Assembly: GCA_041653875.1 (NCBI GenBank)
Contig: JBAZEM010000003.1
Span: 34,587 to 98,586 of the forward strand
From: Kiritimatiellia bacterium
GTDB taxonomy: Bacteria; Verrucomicrobiota; Kiritimatiellia; JAAZAB01
Direction of reading: 5' to 3'
Length of the DNA stretch: 64,000 bases
Shown in pieces: positions 15,304 through 23,992 of this stretch. The notes beneath the pieces were generated by a model. It did not search any database. It saw only the letters and a program-made list of their open reading frames with translations, and had not been told where the DNA came from. Position numbers and translations under genes: made by a program. The first letter of the stretch is position 1, and every line of letters begins with the position of its first letter.

Positions 15304-15407
15304 TGGAGGATGGTTTATGGTCAATGGTCAATGACTCGACCTCCACGGGGCAAAACCGTGTGTTCTTTCAGACTGCATCAACCATTGACCATAAACCATA
15401 AATCATT
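15304..15407. repeat. Family W 'ccattgaccat' word hairpin (probable terminator between argF and pyrB)
   Basis: gatggtttatggtcaatggt ... accattgaccataaaccat are complementary arms. The same word vocabulary occurs at 45588-45668, 51256-51345 and 53145-53200. Confidence 0.55.
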
Positions 15408-15448
15408 CCCGATCTGCGCGCTTACGCGCGGATCGGGCGATAGGAGCG

Positions 15449-16531
15449 ATGAGTTCAACCATGCGCACGCTGGCGGAAATGGAATGGGACGACCTGCAGC
15501 GCCTGGGGCCGCTGGAGAAGGCCGAGTGCTTCAATTTGGCGGGCCGTCCTTTCCATGTGCTGATGGCCCAGCAGTTTACGCGGCCGCTCCTGGAGGAACT
15601 GGGCGCGATGGCCACGCGCATCCGCCAGATTGCCAAGAGCAAAGCCGGCATGGATTTCCTGCGCGGCCTGCTTGCGCATCGGACGGCGATGCTCTATTTC
15701 TCGCAGCCCAGCACGCGCACGTTTCTCTCCTTTCATTCCGCCTGCCAGATCCTGGGCATGAAAACGGTCGAAGTGCGCGACACCTCCACCTCCAGCGAAA
15801 TGAAAGGTGAGACCCAGGAGGACTCCATCCGCACGTTCAGCTCGTTCGCCGATGTCATCATCATGCGCAGCGCCGTCGGCGGGCTGGCGGAAAAAATGGC
15901 CTGGGTGCTTTCCAACACCGAACGGCCCGTGCCGATCGTCAGCGCCGGCTCCGGCAAGGACCAGCACCCGACCCAGGCCCTGCTCGATATTTACACCCTC
16001 CAGCGCAGTTTCGAAACGCGCGGCGGCATCGACCGCAAGAAAGTGGTGTTCGTGGGCGACCTCGCCCGGGGCCGCACGGTGCGCTCGCTCGCTTTCCTGC
16101 TGACCCGCTACCAGGGCGTCAAACAATACTTTATTGCGCCGCCGCAACTGCAGATCAAGGACGATATCCTCGATCTTTTGCGCGCGGCGCGCGTCGAGTT
16201 CGAAGTCGGCGACGATTTCGAGAAAGTTATCCCGCAAGCCGACGCCATCTACATGACGCGCATCCAGGACGAGTGGGACGAGAACAAGGGCGACAGCGGC
16301 AAGATCGACGTTTCCAAATTCGCTTTTACGGCCGAGCATCTCAAACTGCTTCCGCCGCAGGCCGTGATCATGCACCCCTTGCCCCGCCGCCTGGAAATCG
16401 CCGTCGAGGTTGACCGCGATCCGCGCGCCGTCTATTGGCGCCAGGTGCGCAACGGCATGTGGGTTCGCGTGGCCCTGCTGGCCGCCATCTTCGAGTGCTT
16501 CGACGCCGTGCGCGAGTTCCCAGTCGCCTGA
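15449..16531 (+). CDS. pyrB: Aspartate carbamoyltransferase catalytic chain (with ~40-aa N-terminal extension)
   Basis: SQPSTRTFLSF, HPTQALLDIYTL, IMHPLPR. No pyrI is adjacent. Confidence 0.85.
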   Translation: MSSTMRTLAEMEWDDLQRLGPLEKAECFNLAGRPFHVLMAQQFTRPLLEELGAMATRIRQIAKSKAGMDFLRGLLAHRTAMLYFSQPSTRTFLSFHSACQILGMKTVEVRDTSTSSEMKGETQEDSIRTFSSFADVIIMRSAVGGLAEKMAWVLSNTERPVPIVSAGSGKDQHPTQALLDIYTLQRSFETRGGIDRKKVVFVGDLARGRTVRSLAFLLTRYQGVKQYFIAPPQLQIKDDILDLLRAARVEFEVGDDFEKVIPQADAIYMTRIQDEWDENKGDSGKIDVSKFAFTAEHLKLLPPQAVIMHPLPRRLEIAVEVDRDPRAVYWRQVRNGMWVRVALLAAIFECFDAVREFPVA

Positions 16532-16561
16532 TTAACTTGCATTGTTACTGCTCCGCGAAAT

Positions 16562-17683
16562 TTGGCCGATTTCGACGTATCGAACGGATTTATGCTACAC
16601 GCCAAAACAGTTGCCGTCATCGTTCCCTGTTTCAACGAGCAGGACCAAATCGTCAAGGTCCTCAGCGCCATGCCGGACTTCGTGGATCTGATCGTCGTGA
16701 TCGACGACAAGTCCACGGACGACACGGCCGCGCGGATCCGCGAGTTCATCCGCTCGGACACCCGCCCGGCCGGGCGCATTGCGAAGCGCGCGCGGACTTA
16801 CGGCGCCGGACTTTACGACCATGCCGACAACCTGGCGATCGAGCGCGAGAAGGAGGAGGAGCGTTTTTTCATTCCCGTCGGGACGACGCGCGCGGATAAC
16901 AGCCGCGTGACGCTCCTTTCCCACGTCCGCAACGGCGGCAAGGGCGCCGGCGTGGCCACCGGCTTCAAGTTCGCCCGGGACCACAACATCGCCTGCACCG
17001 CCGTCATGGATGGCGACGGCCAGATGAATCCCGCCGAGTTGGAAAGCATCTGTTTGCCGGTCGTGACGGGCAAAGCCGACTACGTCAAGGGCAACCGCTT
17101 CAAGCATCGCATGGCCAGCCGGGCCATCCCCAAAGTCCGGTTCTACGGCAATGCCGTCCTGTCCATTTTGACCAAGGTCGCCACCGGCTACTGGCGGGTG
17201 GCCGATACGCAGACCGGCTACGCGGCCATCAGTCTGGAGTGCTTGGACAACATCGAGATTCACAAGCTTTACGGATCGTACGGCGTGTACAACGACCTGC
17301 TCCAGAAGCTGAATATCGCCTGTTTCACGATCACCGAGGTCCCCATCACGCCGGCCTACAATATCGGCGAGAAATCCAAGATGAAAATTTTGAAGGTGAT
17401 TCCGCGCATCTCGCGTCTGCTCGTATGCCTCTTCTTCGAGCGATTGTTCAAGAAATACCTCTACACGAGTTTTCATCCGCTTTTCCTGCTCTATATGATG
17501 TCGTTTTTCACGTTCCTGGTTTCCATTCCGGTCGTCATCCGGTTTCTTTACGCTTATTTCGCCCTGGGCCAGATCTGGTCCGCCCATATGCTGGTATTCA
17601 TCAATCTGCTGCTTTTTTCCTTCCAGTCGCTCGTCTTCGCCATGTGGTTCGACATCAACGATAACGACCGGCTGTACGTATAA
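16562..17683 (+). CDS. Family 2 glycosyltransferase with C-terminal TM segments (polyprenyl-phosphate sugar synthase-like, GtrB/ArnC-like)
   Basis: VAVIVPCFNEQDQIVKVL...LIVVIDDKSTDDT and DGDGQMNP. Hydrophobic C-terminus (FHPLFLLYMMSFFTFLVSIPVVIRFLY...). An alternative start is at 16592. Confidence 0.82.
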   Translation: MADFDVSNGFMLHAKTVAVIVPCFNEQDQIVKVLSAMPDFVDLIVVIDDKSTDDTAARIREFIRSDTRPAGRIAKRARTYGAGLYDHADNLAIEREKEEERFFIPVGTTRADNSRVTLLSHVRNGGKGAGVATGFKFARDHNIACTAVMDGDGQMNPAELESICLPVVTGKADYVKGNRFKHRMASRAIPKVRFYGNAVLSILTKVATGYWRVADTQTGYAAISLECLDNIEIHKLYGSYGVYNDLLQKLNIACFTITEVPITPAYNIGEKSKMKILKVIPRISRLLVCLFFERLFKKYLYTSFHPLFLLYMMSFFTFLVSIPVVIRFLYAYFALGQIWSAHMLVFINLLLFSFQSLVFAMWFDINDNDRLYV

Positions 17684-17689
17684 ACGGCG

Positions 17690-18754
17690 ATGACCACGGA
17701 CGAACACACCAAAGTTATTGTGAGCGTTGACGTGGAGGACTGGTATCACGGGCCGACCATGTCCGCCCGCTGGGATTCGCGCAACTCGCTGGATAAACTG
17801 CTCGCCGCCAACCCCGGCATCGAGCGGGCCTGTTCTTATATCGACATTGTCCTCGAACTGCTGGAACGCCGGCGCGTCAAGGCGACTTTTTTCTGGGTCG
17901 CCGAGTATGCCCGGCGGTTTCCGGCGCTTTTCGCGCGGGTCGCCGCCGCGGGGCATGAGATCGCCTGCCACGGCCTGACGCATTTCTCCAAGCTCGATTA
18001 CCGCACCAAGCAGGCCGTCTTCAGTCCGCGGGAATTCAAGGCGCGCGCCTTGACCGCCCGGAAAATCCTGGAAGACATGTCCGGCCGGCCGGTTCGCGGT
18101 TACCGGGCGCCGAACGCCTATGTGTCGGGCGCCATGCTCGACGCCCTCGAGGAAACCGGCTTCACCTACGATTCCTCCGTGTCGGTCAGCTCGATCTACA
18201 ATAAGACCGATTCCAGTCTGGCGGGCGTGACGAGCGCGCCTTATTATCCCGCGCCCGGCGAATTGCGCGCAAGCAACCAGTCGCGCAGCTTGGTCGAATT
18301 TCCGTGGCCGTATTATTCGGCCGCCGGAGTGAAAATCCAGAGCGCCGGCGGGCCGTATCTGCGTTTTTTCGGCAGCGGCCTGATTATCCGCGGCCTGCGG
18401 CAGTCCCTGCGCCGGGGACACGCGGTGTTCTATTTCCATCCCATCGATCTCTGCAACGAGTCCATTCCCATGCGTTTTTCGCCGCGCCGTCCTTTTTTGT
18501 GGCTTTTCAAGGGCGACCTTGTCAAACGGCGCGTCGAACGGGTGCTGGACACGTTCCCAAATCGGACCGCTTGCTTCGGGCAAATTATGGAAGAGCAAAA
18601 AAATGAATTAGGCCTTCGAGCTATGCCGTTCTATCGAACGGCCACTACACCGGACGGCCTGTCTGAACTCGGCCAGGGGTGTAGTTGCGGTTCGATAGAA
18701 CCGCTGTGTTTTGTCCACCGTAGGCAGGGCCGCCTCCGTCGAAAAATAATTTAA
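17690..18754 (+). CDS. Polysaccharide deacetylase family protein (DUF3473-type), with a repeat-encoded C-terminal tail
   Basis: VSVDVEDWYH, HEIACHGLTH, GYRAPN. The last ~50 codons run through the family C REP (18625-18704) before the first stop. Confidence 0.82.
   Translation: MTTDEHTKVIVSVDVEDWYHGPTMSARWDSRNSLDKLLAANPGIERACSYIDIVLELLERRRVKATFFWVAEYARRFPALFARVAAAGHEIACHGLTHFSKLDYRTKQAVFSPREFKARALTARKILEDMSGRPVRGYRAPNAYVSGAMLDALEETGFTYDSSVSVSSIYNKTDSSLAGVTSAPYYPAPGELRASNQSRSLVEFPWPYYSAAGVKIQSAGGPYLRFFGSGLIIRGLRQSLRRGHAVFYFHPIDLCNESIPMRFSPRRPFLWLFKGDLVKRRVERVLDTFPNRTACFGQIMEEQKNELGLRAMPFYRTATTPDGLSELGQGCSCGSIEPLCFVHRRQGRLRRKII
18625..18704. repeat. Family C REP pair
   Basis: gccgttctatcgaacggccactacac ... 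ggtgtagttgcggttcgatagaaccgc. Relatives at 27251-27330 and 33327-33385. Confidence 0.75.
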
Positions 18755-18802
18755 CAGCGAGGACAGCCGCGGCAACACCGTCAGGGTGACGGGGGATTAT
18801 CA

Positions 18803-20152
18803 ATGAACGCAATCTGCGAACGTTTGCAACGCGATGTTATTCGAGCCGGGATCTGCACCTCGTGCGGCGCATGCGCGGCGCTGGATCCCTCCGGACGGGC
18901 GTACATGGAAGACACGCTTTACGGTCCGCGGCCGGCGTTCCCCGCGGACGGCGCCGAACTCCCCCAATTAGCCTGGGAGGCCTGCCCCGGCAAAGGCATT
19001 CGTTACGCCGACCTTTATTTGAAGCACTACGGACGCCTGCCGGAAAACTGGCTGTTGGGCTGTTTCAAATGCGTCCGCACCGGCCACTCCGCCGACCCCG
19101 TTATCCGCCGCAACGGCGCCTCGGGCGGGGTCATCAGCCATACGCTCATTTATCTGCTGGAGCAAAAACTCGTTGACGCCGCATTGGTCGTGCGCCAGGG
19201 AATTCCGACCCCGGAAAAAGCCCGCGTCACGATCGCCCGCAGCCGCGCCGAAGTGCTTGCCGCCGCCCAATCGGTGTATATTCCCGTTGCCACGCTCGAC
19301 ATTCTCGCGCAATTGCTTCCGCACGAGCGTTACGCCATGGTCTGCCTGCCCGACCAGGCCGCGGCCCTGCGCACGCTGCAACTGGCCGGGCACGCCGCGG
19401 CCCGCCGGATCCGCTTTCTGCTCGGACCCTATACCGGCACCGCGCTCTATCCTTCCGCGATCCGCTGTTATCTGCGCTCCAAGGGCGTAAACGACAACGA
19501 TGCCATCGCCGCGCTCAAGTGGCGCGCCGGTGAATGGCCCGGCTACCTTGAAATCCGAACGGCCTCCGGCAAAGTATTCCGCTCGAAAAAATTCTATTAT
19601 AATTTTTTAATCCCGTTTTTCATCACCCAGGCCAGCCTGCAGGGCATGGATTTCACGAACGAATTCTGCGACCTTTCCGTCGGCGACGCCTGGTCGCCGC
19701 GCTTCGAGTCGGAGGGCGGCGGACACTCGGTCATCGCCACGCGCACGGACGAGATGGAAGGCATTATCCGGGACATGGAGCGCTCCGGCCTGCTGGCCGC
19801 AACCATGGCGGACCCGGCCGAAACTTTGGCCATGCACGGGCACATGCTTGATTTTAAGAAGCGCGGCAGTTATATTCGCAACCGTATTCGGAAACTCTTC
19901 GGCCGGCGGGCGCCGGATTATGGCTTGGCGCCGCGGCCCCTGCCGGCGTCGCGTGTGCTGGTGGAACTGGTGATCGGCGGCTTGTTTCTTGTTTGCGGCA
20001 CGCGGGCGGCGCGCTGGGTTGTGGCGCGCATCCCGGAATCCGTGATCGGGCCGCTGTTCAACCGCCTGCGTCTGGCCTGGAAGTCCCTGAGCAAGCCGAC
20101 CAAGCGCAAGGGGCTCGGCAAACTCGAAATGGTCGTGACGCCGCCGGAATAA
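18803..20152 (+). CDS. Coenzyme F420 hydrogenase/dehydrogenase beta-subunit-like (FrhB/FdhB family) Fe-S flavoprotein
   Basis: N-terminal Cys motif CTSCGACAALDP, then GASGGVISHTLIYLLEQKLVDAALVV, typical of FrhB-family proteins found in polysaccharide loci. Confidence 0.7.
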   Translation: MNAICERLQRDVIRAGICTSCGACAALDPSGRAYMEDTLYGPRPAFPADGAELPQLAWEACPGKGIRYADLYLKHYGRLPENWLLGCFKCVRTGHSADPVIRRNGASGGVISHTLIYLLEQKLVDAALVVRQGIPTPEKARVTIARSRAEVLAAAQSVYIPVATLDILAQLLPHERYAMVCLPDQAAALRTLQLAGHAAARRIRFLLGPYTGTALYPSAIRCYLRSKGVNDNDAIAALKWRAGEWPGYLEIRTASGKVFRSKKFYYNFLIPFFITQASLQGMDFTNEFCDLSVGDAWSPRFESEGGGHSVIATRTDEMEGIIRDMERSGLLAATMADPAETLAMHGHMLDFKKRGSYIRNRIRKLFGRRAPDYGLAPRPLPASRVLVELVIGGLFLVCGTRAARWVVARIPESVIGPLFNRLRLAWKSLSKPTKRKGLGKLEMVVTPPE

Positions 20153-20161
20153 AATATTGAT

Positions 20162-21883
20162 ATGGAAATCGATGCCATGCGCGATTTAGCGACCGTGACC
20201 GAACGGCTTGGGGCGCACGCCGCGCTTATCGCGCCGCGCATTTTGACCCAGGTCTGCCGCGATCCGAACTCGGCCGCCTACGGCTCGTTCGACCGCGACT
20301 GGTGGCATTACCGCATCCGCGATTTTCCCTCCGTCATCCTCCAGCAGGGCGCGTATGCCGTCTGGCTGGCGGGTCGTTTGGATGCCTGGACGGACTGCCG
20401 CGCCGATCTCGCCCGGCTGGCCGCCGCCGGCGGCCGGTTCTGGAACGCGCGCGCCGTCCGGCGGGGCGCCTTCGAGGAGTATTACCCCTGGGAACGCGGC
20501 TATGCGCCGCTGGCCTTTGCGGCCCTGGCGGTCATGAAGCTGGCCGCCGCCGGCGTTATATCCGCCGGCGAAGTCCAGGCCGGCGCCCGGATTGCCGCCC
20601 GCCAGTTAATGCGGCGCTTCGAATCGGAGGCCGGCAATCAGCAGGTCGCGGGATTGGCGGCGCTGGCCTGGATCGGCAAAGTATTTCCCGATCTCGTGGC
20701 GCCGGGCGCCTTCGCCGTTCTGGCGCAAAAAACCATGGCGCTTCAGACCGCCGAAGGCTGGTTCATCGAGTACGGCGGGCCGGACCTGGCCTATCTTTCG
20801 GTGGCCCTCGACTGTCTTTGGGACTTGCACGACGCCGCCGGCGACGCTTGTTATGTGCCGGCCGCCGAACGCGCCCTGGAATACATGGCGCCCTATGTGT
20901 TGGAATTCGGCGCAAGCATCGGCATGCATAATGCCCGCAATACCGACTACATCCTGCCTTATGGATTGAGCCGTCTCGCAGTCCACGGCCAAGGGCCTTC
21001 GGCCCAGTTGGCGGCTTCCGTGCTTGTGCGTCTGTATGAATCGCTGGCGGCGCCCGACCATTTCGCCCATGCCATCGATGACCGCTACCACAGCCATTAT
21101 GCGGGCCACTCGTTCATCCGGGCCTATCTGTGCTTAAGCGGCAAGGTCGCCTGCGAGACCACGCGCGACCCAAAGACCGGCGCTACGATCCGGATCGCGG
21201 AAGAAAAGATCGATCGGGAAAAGGCGGGGCGCGGCGTCCCCGCCGCGCCGCCCGGTTCCAATGAACCGGATCGCCCCGCCGAATTTCTCTTGCCGGAATG
21301 CGGCCACTATCTGAAGCGCGCCCGGAACGGCGATCCGGCCCTGCTCTTGTCTCTGCGTAAAGGAGGAGTCCTGACCGCCGTTCACGGCCGGCGGCGGGTT
21401 TCGGATTACGGCTGGCACGTCGGCATCGGCGCCCAACAATTCGTGAATCATTGGTGGTCGGATCGGTGGACCTGGACGCGCGCGGGAAACAGCTTCGTCA
21501 TTCGCGGACGGCTGGTTGTCCACCGCGAGACGATCAGCACGCCCTTCAAGCACCTGGCGCTGCGCGCGCTTAGCTTTTTCCTGGGCGACCTGATCATCCC
21601 CGGCCTGAAGCGGCTGCTGATCTTCAAGCACCCCGGCAGTCCTTATACTTTCGAGCGTGTTGTGGCGATCGAGTCCCGCCGGATCGTCGTGCGCGACCGC
21701 ATCGCCAACCTGCCCCCGCAGGCGGTCGTATGCCCGGCGCCCCGCGCGTCGAAGCGCCACGTATCGAGCGCCGACAGTTATCACCGCGAGGACTTGCGCC
21801 TGGCCGAGGGCGTGGAATGCCGGCGGACCAGGAACACGGCGCAAGGGGTCTTCACGTCCGAAACTTCATACGATTTCTTATGA
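20162..21883 (+). CDS. Hypothetical protein (573 aa) of the glycan cluster
   Basis: Long ORF with coding-like composition. It is tightly packed (9-nt gap upstream, ATGA overlap downstream). I recognise no motif. Confidence 0.7.
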   Translation: MEIDAMRDLATVTERLGAHAALIAPRILTQVCRDPNSAAYGSFDRDWWHYRIRDFPSVILQQGAYAVWLAGRLDAWTDCRADLARLAAAGGRFWNARAVRRGAFEEYYPWERGYAPLAFAALAVMKLAAAGVISAGEVQAGARIAARQLMRRFESEAGNQQVAGLAALAWIGKVFPDLVAPGAFAVLAQKTMALQTAEGWFIEYGGPDLAYLSVALDCLWDLHDAAGDACYVPAAERALEYMAPYVLEFGASIGMHNARNTDYILPYGLSRLAVHGQGPSAQLAASVLVRLYESLAAPDHFAHAIDDRYHSHYAGHSFIRAYLCLSGKVACETTRDPKTGATIRIAEEKIDREKAGRGVPAAPPGSNEPDRPAEFLLPECGHYLKRARNGDPALLLSLRKGGVLTAVHGRRRVSDYGWHVGIGAQQFVNHWWSDRWTWTRAGNSFVIRGRLVVHRETISTPFKHLALRALSFFLGDLIIPGLKRLLIFKHPGSPYTFERVVAIESRRIVVRDRIANLPPQAVVCPAPRASKRHVSSADSYHREDLRLAEGVECRRTRNTAQGVFTSETSYDFL

Positions 21884-23808
21884 CCAACACCCCGCAACGT
21901 CAAGTCGGCCAAAGTCTGCAACGTGGATTCGATTACATCAAGTTCATGGCCGCCGGGTTGCCTTCCTTCATCCTGGCCATTCCGCTGAACTATGCGCTAG
22001 TCGAATGGGCCGCGCTCCCCAAAAGTCCGGCGTATGCCCTGGTGCTTGCCTTCCAGGTGACCGTCAACTTCTTTATGTTGCGGCGCTTCGTGTTCAAGGA
22101 ACGAACCGGTCGCGCCCTGCTCGGCGATTTTGCGGCCTTCTTTTCCGGAATTATGCTGTTCCGTTTCGCCGATTTTCTGCTCTATGCCGCCTTGGTGCAT
22201 TATGCCGGCGCCTGGTTGTGCGCCGCGCTCGGCCCGCGCTATTACATCGCCATCCAGTTGGCCAACGTGCTCGTTTTCAGCGTGCTGAAGTTTCTATTCT
22301 CCGAACGCCTGTTCCTGCCCGGCGCCCATGCCGGCGCGCCGCCATTGTCCCGGCCGGGCGTCAAACTGTGCCTTAAACTGGCGGCCGGTCTCTGCCTGCT
22401 CGCCGGGATCGCGGCGGCGGGGGCGGCATCGGCGGGAGTCGCCGCGCTGGCCGCCAAAGCGGAGGGGACCTGGGCGCAGGTCGCGCTCGCCATCCGCCCG
22501 ATATACCTTTATGCCGTCGCCGGCGCGTGTTGGCTTGGCTGGTACGTCCTGGCGCGCGGCATTCACAACCGCCTTGCGGACTGGGTCCGTTTTGCCGCCC
22601 GCATGTTTTTCATGGGCGGCGCGCTGTTTGCCGGCATCGTGTTGCTGCTCATTTACAAGGGTGGGGAACCCTGGGCCTTCGTTTTCTATGCCGACAAGCC
22701 CATTCGCAATCTCGCCCTGAGCGCGGCGTGCTTCCTGCTCTGGTATGTCCTTGCGCGCGGCATCCATAACAGCCGCCGGGCATGGGCGCTTCTGATCGCC
22801 CGGATGATCATGCTGGTCGTCAGCCTGGGATTGACGCTGTTGGCGGCTGAAATCGGGATGCGCTTTTACCTGGAAAAATATTGCCGGGAAAATTCCTTCG
22901 AGCATTGGGAAAAACTATGCGCGGAAGGCAAGACCATGCCGCTGCGCACGACCCACCCCATGTCCATAATCATCCGGCCCTGCGAGAATCGACGCCTGGT
23001 TTACGAGCTTCAGCCCGGCCTGGACCTTGATTTCGGGCACCGCCGCTTGAGAACCAACCGCGCCGGCATGCGTTCTTCCAGGGAATATGCCCTGGAGCGC
23101 CCGCCCCACAGCATTCGTATTCTCGGGATCGGCGACTCCGGCATGTTCGGCTGGGACCAGGAGCAAGACGACAACTACATGGACGTATTGGAACATAACT
23201 TGAACGATCGCCATGACGGCGTCGCCTACGAGGCCTTGAACATGGCCGTGCCGGGTTACAATACCCAGCTCGAAGCCGAGACTTTGCGGACCAAGGGCCT
23301 GGCCTATAAGCCCGATATCGTCATCGTGGGATGGTGCAACAACGATTACGGCCTGCCGTTTTTCCTGATCCAGCAACCCGATTTCCGGCGCCGGGACATA
23401 TCGTTCGTCAACCTCCTGATTTTTCATCGCAAGCGCCTGCCCGAAATCATGGAGCCGGTGCAATTCCGAGAACTGCGCAAATACGACGCCAAGAGCGTAC
23501 TGCCGGAAATTGCGTCCGGCACGAACATCGAGGGCGTCCGGCAGGCCATGCGCGAGCTAAAACAGCTAAGCAGTCAGTACGGCTTCCGCCTGCTGGTCTT
23601 CGGGCCCATGGACGGCGATTGCGTCAAAATCTGCCGGGCGGAGGCGATCCCTTATTTCAACACGCGCGAAAAGATTCCCGGCGGCAAATACCCCAAGGAA
23701 TACTCCGTGCACTTCATGCATCCGGCCAAGGGCGGCCACGCCGTGCTGGCCAGGGAATTGGAAGCATATCTGGAGAAGCAAGGCTGGCTGAAGCCACAAT
23801 CGAATTAG
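21880..23808 (+). CDS. GtrA-like membrane domain fused to extra TM segments and a C-terminal SGNH/GDSL hydrolase-like domain
   Basis: GtrA-type N-terminus FDYIKFMAAGLPSFILAIPLNYALVEW...VTVNFFMLRRFVFKE. Duplicated TM module WYVLARGIHN (x2). GDS motif ILGIGDSGMFGW. The ATG at 21880 overlaps the upstream stop; the track ORF from 21730 is an over-extension. Confidence 0.8.
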   Translation: MTNTPQRQVGQSLQRGFDYIKFMAAGLPSFILAIPLNYALVEWAALPKSPAYALVLAFQVTVNFFMLRRFVFKERTGRALLGDFAAFFSGIMLFRFADFLLYAALVHYAGAWLCAALGPRYYIAIQLANVLVFSVLKFLFSERLFLPGAHAGAPPLSRPGVKLCLKLAAGLCLLAGIAAAGAASAGVAALAAKAEGTWAQVALAIRPIYLYAVAGACWLGWYVLARGIHNRLADWVRFAARMFFMGGALFAGIVLLLIYKGGEPWAFVFYADKPIRNLALSAACFLLWYVLARGIHNSRRAWALLIARMIMLVVSLGLTLLAAEIGMRFYLEKYCRENSFEHWEKLCAEGKTMPLRTTHPMSIIIRPCENRRLVYELQPGLDLDFGHRRLRTNRAGMRSSREYALERPPHSIRILGIGDSGMFGWDQEQDDNYMDVLEHNLNDRHDGVAYEALNMAVPGYNTQLEAETLRTKGLAYKPDIVIVGWCNNDYGLPFFLIQQPDFRRRDISFVNLLIFHRKRLPEIMEPVQFRELRKYDAKSVLPEIASGTNIEGVRQAMRELKQLSSQYGFRLLVFGPMDGDCVKICRAEAIPYFNTREKIPGGKYPKEYSVHFMHPAKGGHAVLARELEAYLEKQGWLKPQSN

Positions 23809-23992
23809 GTCAACTGTAGCCGTCGGACGTTTAGGCCGACTCGCCTGGGCGAAGCGCTCCGGCGAAGCCTGGCGTTTCCGGCCAATAACGCGAGCCTGTC
23901 GTCTCGCGGCTACAACAAAAACCATAAAATTCCGGGCAGGATCAAGGGATCGCGGGCGGCGCGGCCGGTTCCACGGCGGCGACATTCCGGGA

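Noticed and set aside
16595-18598. 667-aa ORF on the minus strand.
   Set aside because: It is antisense to two well-supported plus-strand genes (GT2 and polysaccharide deacetylase). It has no recognisable motifs and a shadow-ORF composition.
21730-21879. N-terminal 50 codons of the 692-aa ORF.
   Set aside because: They overlap the end of the 573-aa gene in another frame. The ATG at 21880 gives an ATGA-coupled start directly at the GtrA-like domain.
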